Shown in pieces: positions 62,318 to 64,000 of a stretch of 64,000 nucleotides of DNA (its first letter is position 1; each line of letters begins with the position of its first letter). This DNA comes from Squalus acanthias (lineage: Eukaryota). The DNA lies in NCBI GenBank assembly GCA_030390025.1, contig CM059425.1:176020001-176084000 (forward strand), given 5' to 3'. The position numbers and the translations under genes were made by a program. Under the pieces are notes generated by a model that was not told the DNA's origin, did not search any database, and saw only the letters and a list, made by a program, of their open reading frames with translations.

Positions 62318-64000
62318 GGGGAAAAATTTGTGTGGCTTGTTCCACATGTTAGCGCCAGGAGATGGCGCTGAAATGCCGTTGACAGCTGTAACGGCAGCTG
62401 ATGCTGGTTCCAGCGCCGCACGCCACATCGGTGGTGTTGGTAGCGCTGCCGTTAAACCCTCACTGGACGCCCGATCTCCAACATTGGATTTAGCAACTTA
62501 CCTTAAGGGCAGCGCAGAACAACGACAAGGAGAGCTGGCGTCTACAAGCAGAAAGCAGGCTGCAGCAACGTTATTTAAAGGCTCCATCCCCAATCAGCTG
62601 CACCTGACAGGGTTTTGCAGTTTCAGTGCTTGTTTGCTACTTCTTGCAACTGAAACAGCTCTCTTTAGTTATTTCAAGATTTTTTGGTGACAGGGAGTGT
62701 CCATTCAAGTGCAAAAGTCACTCATTATTTGTTAAAGGCTTCTGCTCACAACACTTCCTCACAGTCATGGGGTCTGCGGGATTGCAGCATTACCTCAGGA
62801 GGACAATGAGGCAGAGGAGGACAACGAGGCGGAGGAGGGGGAGGAGGAGGACGAGGCGGAGGAGGACGAGGAGAAGGAGGACGAGGCGGAGGAAGACGAG
62901 GAGAAGGAGGACGAGGAGAAGGAGGACGAGGCGGAGGAGGACGAGGCGGAGGAGACGAGGAGAAGGAGGACGAGGAGAAGAGGACGAGGCGGAGGAGGAC
63001 AAGGCGGAGGAGGACGAGGCGGAGGAGGACGAGGCGGAGGAGGACGAGGCGGAGGAGGATGAGGAGAAGATGGACGAGGCGGAGGAGGATGAGGCGGAGG
63101 AGGACAAGGTGGAGGAGGACAAGGAGAAGGAGGACGAGGCGGAGGAGGACAAGGTGGAGGAGGTCGAGGAGAAGGAGGACGAGGCGGAGGAGGACGAGGA
63201 GAAGGAGGACGAGGCGGAGCAGGACGAGGAGAAGGAGGACGAGGCGGAGCAGGACGAGGAGAAGGAGGACGAGGCGGAGGAGGACGAGGAGAAGGAGGAT
63301 GAGGCGGAGGAGGACGAGGAGAAGGAGGAGGAGAAGGAGGACGAGGCGGAGGAGGACGAGGCGGAGGAGGACGAGGAGAAGGAGGACGAGGCGGAGGAGG
63401 ACGAGGAGAAGGAGGACGAGGCGGAGCAGGACGAGGAGAAGGAGGACGAGGCGGAGGAGGACGAGGAGAAGGAGGACGAGGAGAAGGAGGACGAGGCGGA
63501 GGAGGACGAGGCGGAGGAGGACGAGGCGGAGGAGGACGAGGAGAAGGAGGACGAGGCGGAGGAGGACGAGATGGAGGAGGACAAGGAGAAGGAGGACGAG
63601 GTGGAGGAGGATGAGGCGGAGGAGGACGAGGAGAAGGAGGACGAGGTGGAGGAGGACGAGGTGGAGGAGGACAAGGAGAAGGAGGATGAGGCGGAGGAGG
63701 ACGAGGAGAAGGAGGAGAAGGTGAAGGAGGACGAGGAGAAGTAGGACGAGGCGGAGGAGGACGAGGAGAAGGAGGACGAGGCGGAGGAGGACAAGGCGGA
63801 GGAGGACGAGGAGAAGGAGGATGAGGCGGAGGAGGACAAGGAGAAGGAGGACGAAGAGAAGGAGGACAAGGAGAAGGAGGACGAGGCGGAGGAGGACAAG
63901 GAGAAGGAGGACGAGGAGAAGGAGATCGAGGCGGAGGAGGACGAGGAGAAGGAGGTTGAGGCGGAGGAGGACGAGGCGGAGGAGGACGAGGAGAAGGAGG
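62318..64000 (+). mobile_element. Left end of Harbinger transposon H6 (runs off the window)
   Basis: TAA|GGGGAAAAATTT; GGAGAGCTGGCGT..ACGTTATTTAAAGG shared with H5; ATG at 62767. Confidence 0.75.
62807..64000 (+). repeat. Purine-rich 15-bp minisatellite (GAGGCGGAGGAGGAC / GAGGAGAAGGAGGAC)n
   Basis: Directly visible; accounts for the long E/D, R and S ORFs in three frames. Confidence 0.97.

Noticed and set aside
62626..63899. Long ORFs of 372, 369 and 221 aa (E/D-, S- and R-rich)
   Set aside because: By-products of a stop-poor minisatellite open in several frames.
1..64000. CRISPR arrays, operons, rRNA genes
   Set aside because: None seen; content is eukaryotic repeat DNA, and most short ORFs are antisense or off-frame readings of repeats.

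Overview
Repeat-dense vertebrate genomic DNA; the CR1, V-SINE, DeuSINE and Penelope content points to a shark or other cartilaginous fish (inference). No intact host gene can be called. The window holds: (1) about six decayed two-gene PIF/Harbinger transposons (HARBI1-type transposase on +, spliced Myb/SANT gene on -) plus many Harbinger-type MITEs with 3-bp TSDs; (2) about 14 CR1-clade LINE fragments, nearly all on the - strand; (3) tRNA-derived SINEs; (4) three long (1.4-1.6 kb) solo LTRs with TG..CA ends and 4-bp TSDs; (5) six short Penelope-like insertions, five with a hammerhead ribozyme core, in two families, three of them long hairpins with 12-14-bp TSDs; (6) a Tc1/pogo-type MITE; (7) a 1.2-kb purine minisatellite grown inside a Harbinger transposase 5' end. 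Best leads: hairpin hammerhead retroelements with a compensatory base-pair change, foamy-like long LTRs, a MITE family conserving three perfect splice donors plus an NRF1-type palindrome, and a readable Harbinger cis-regulatory layout. Family names come from recalled motifs, not database searches.
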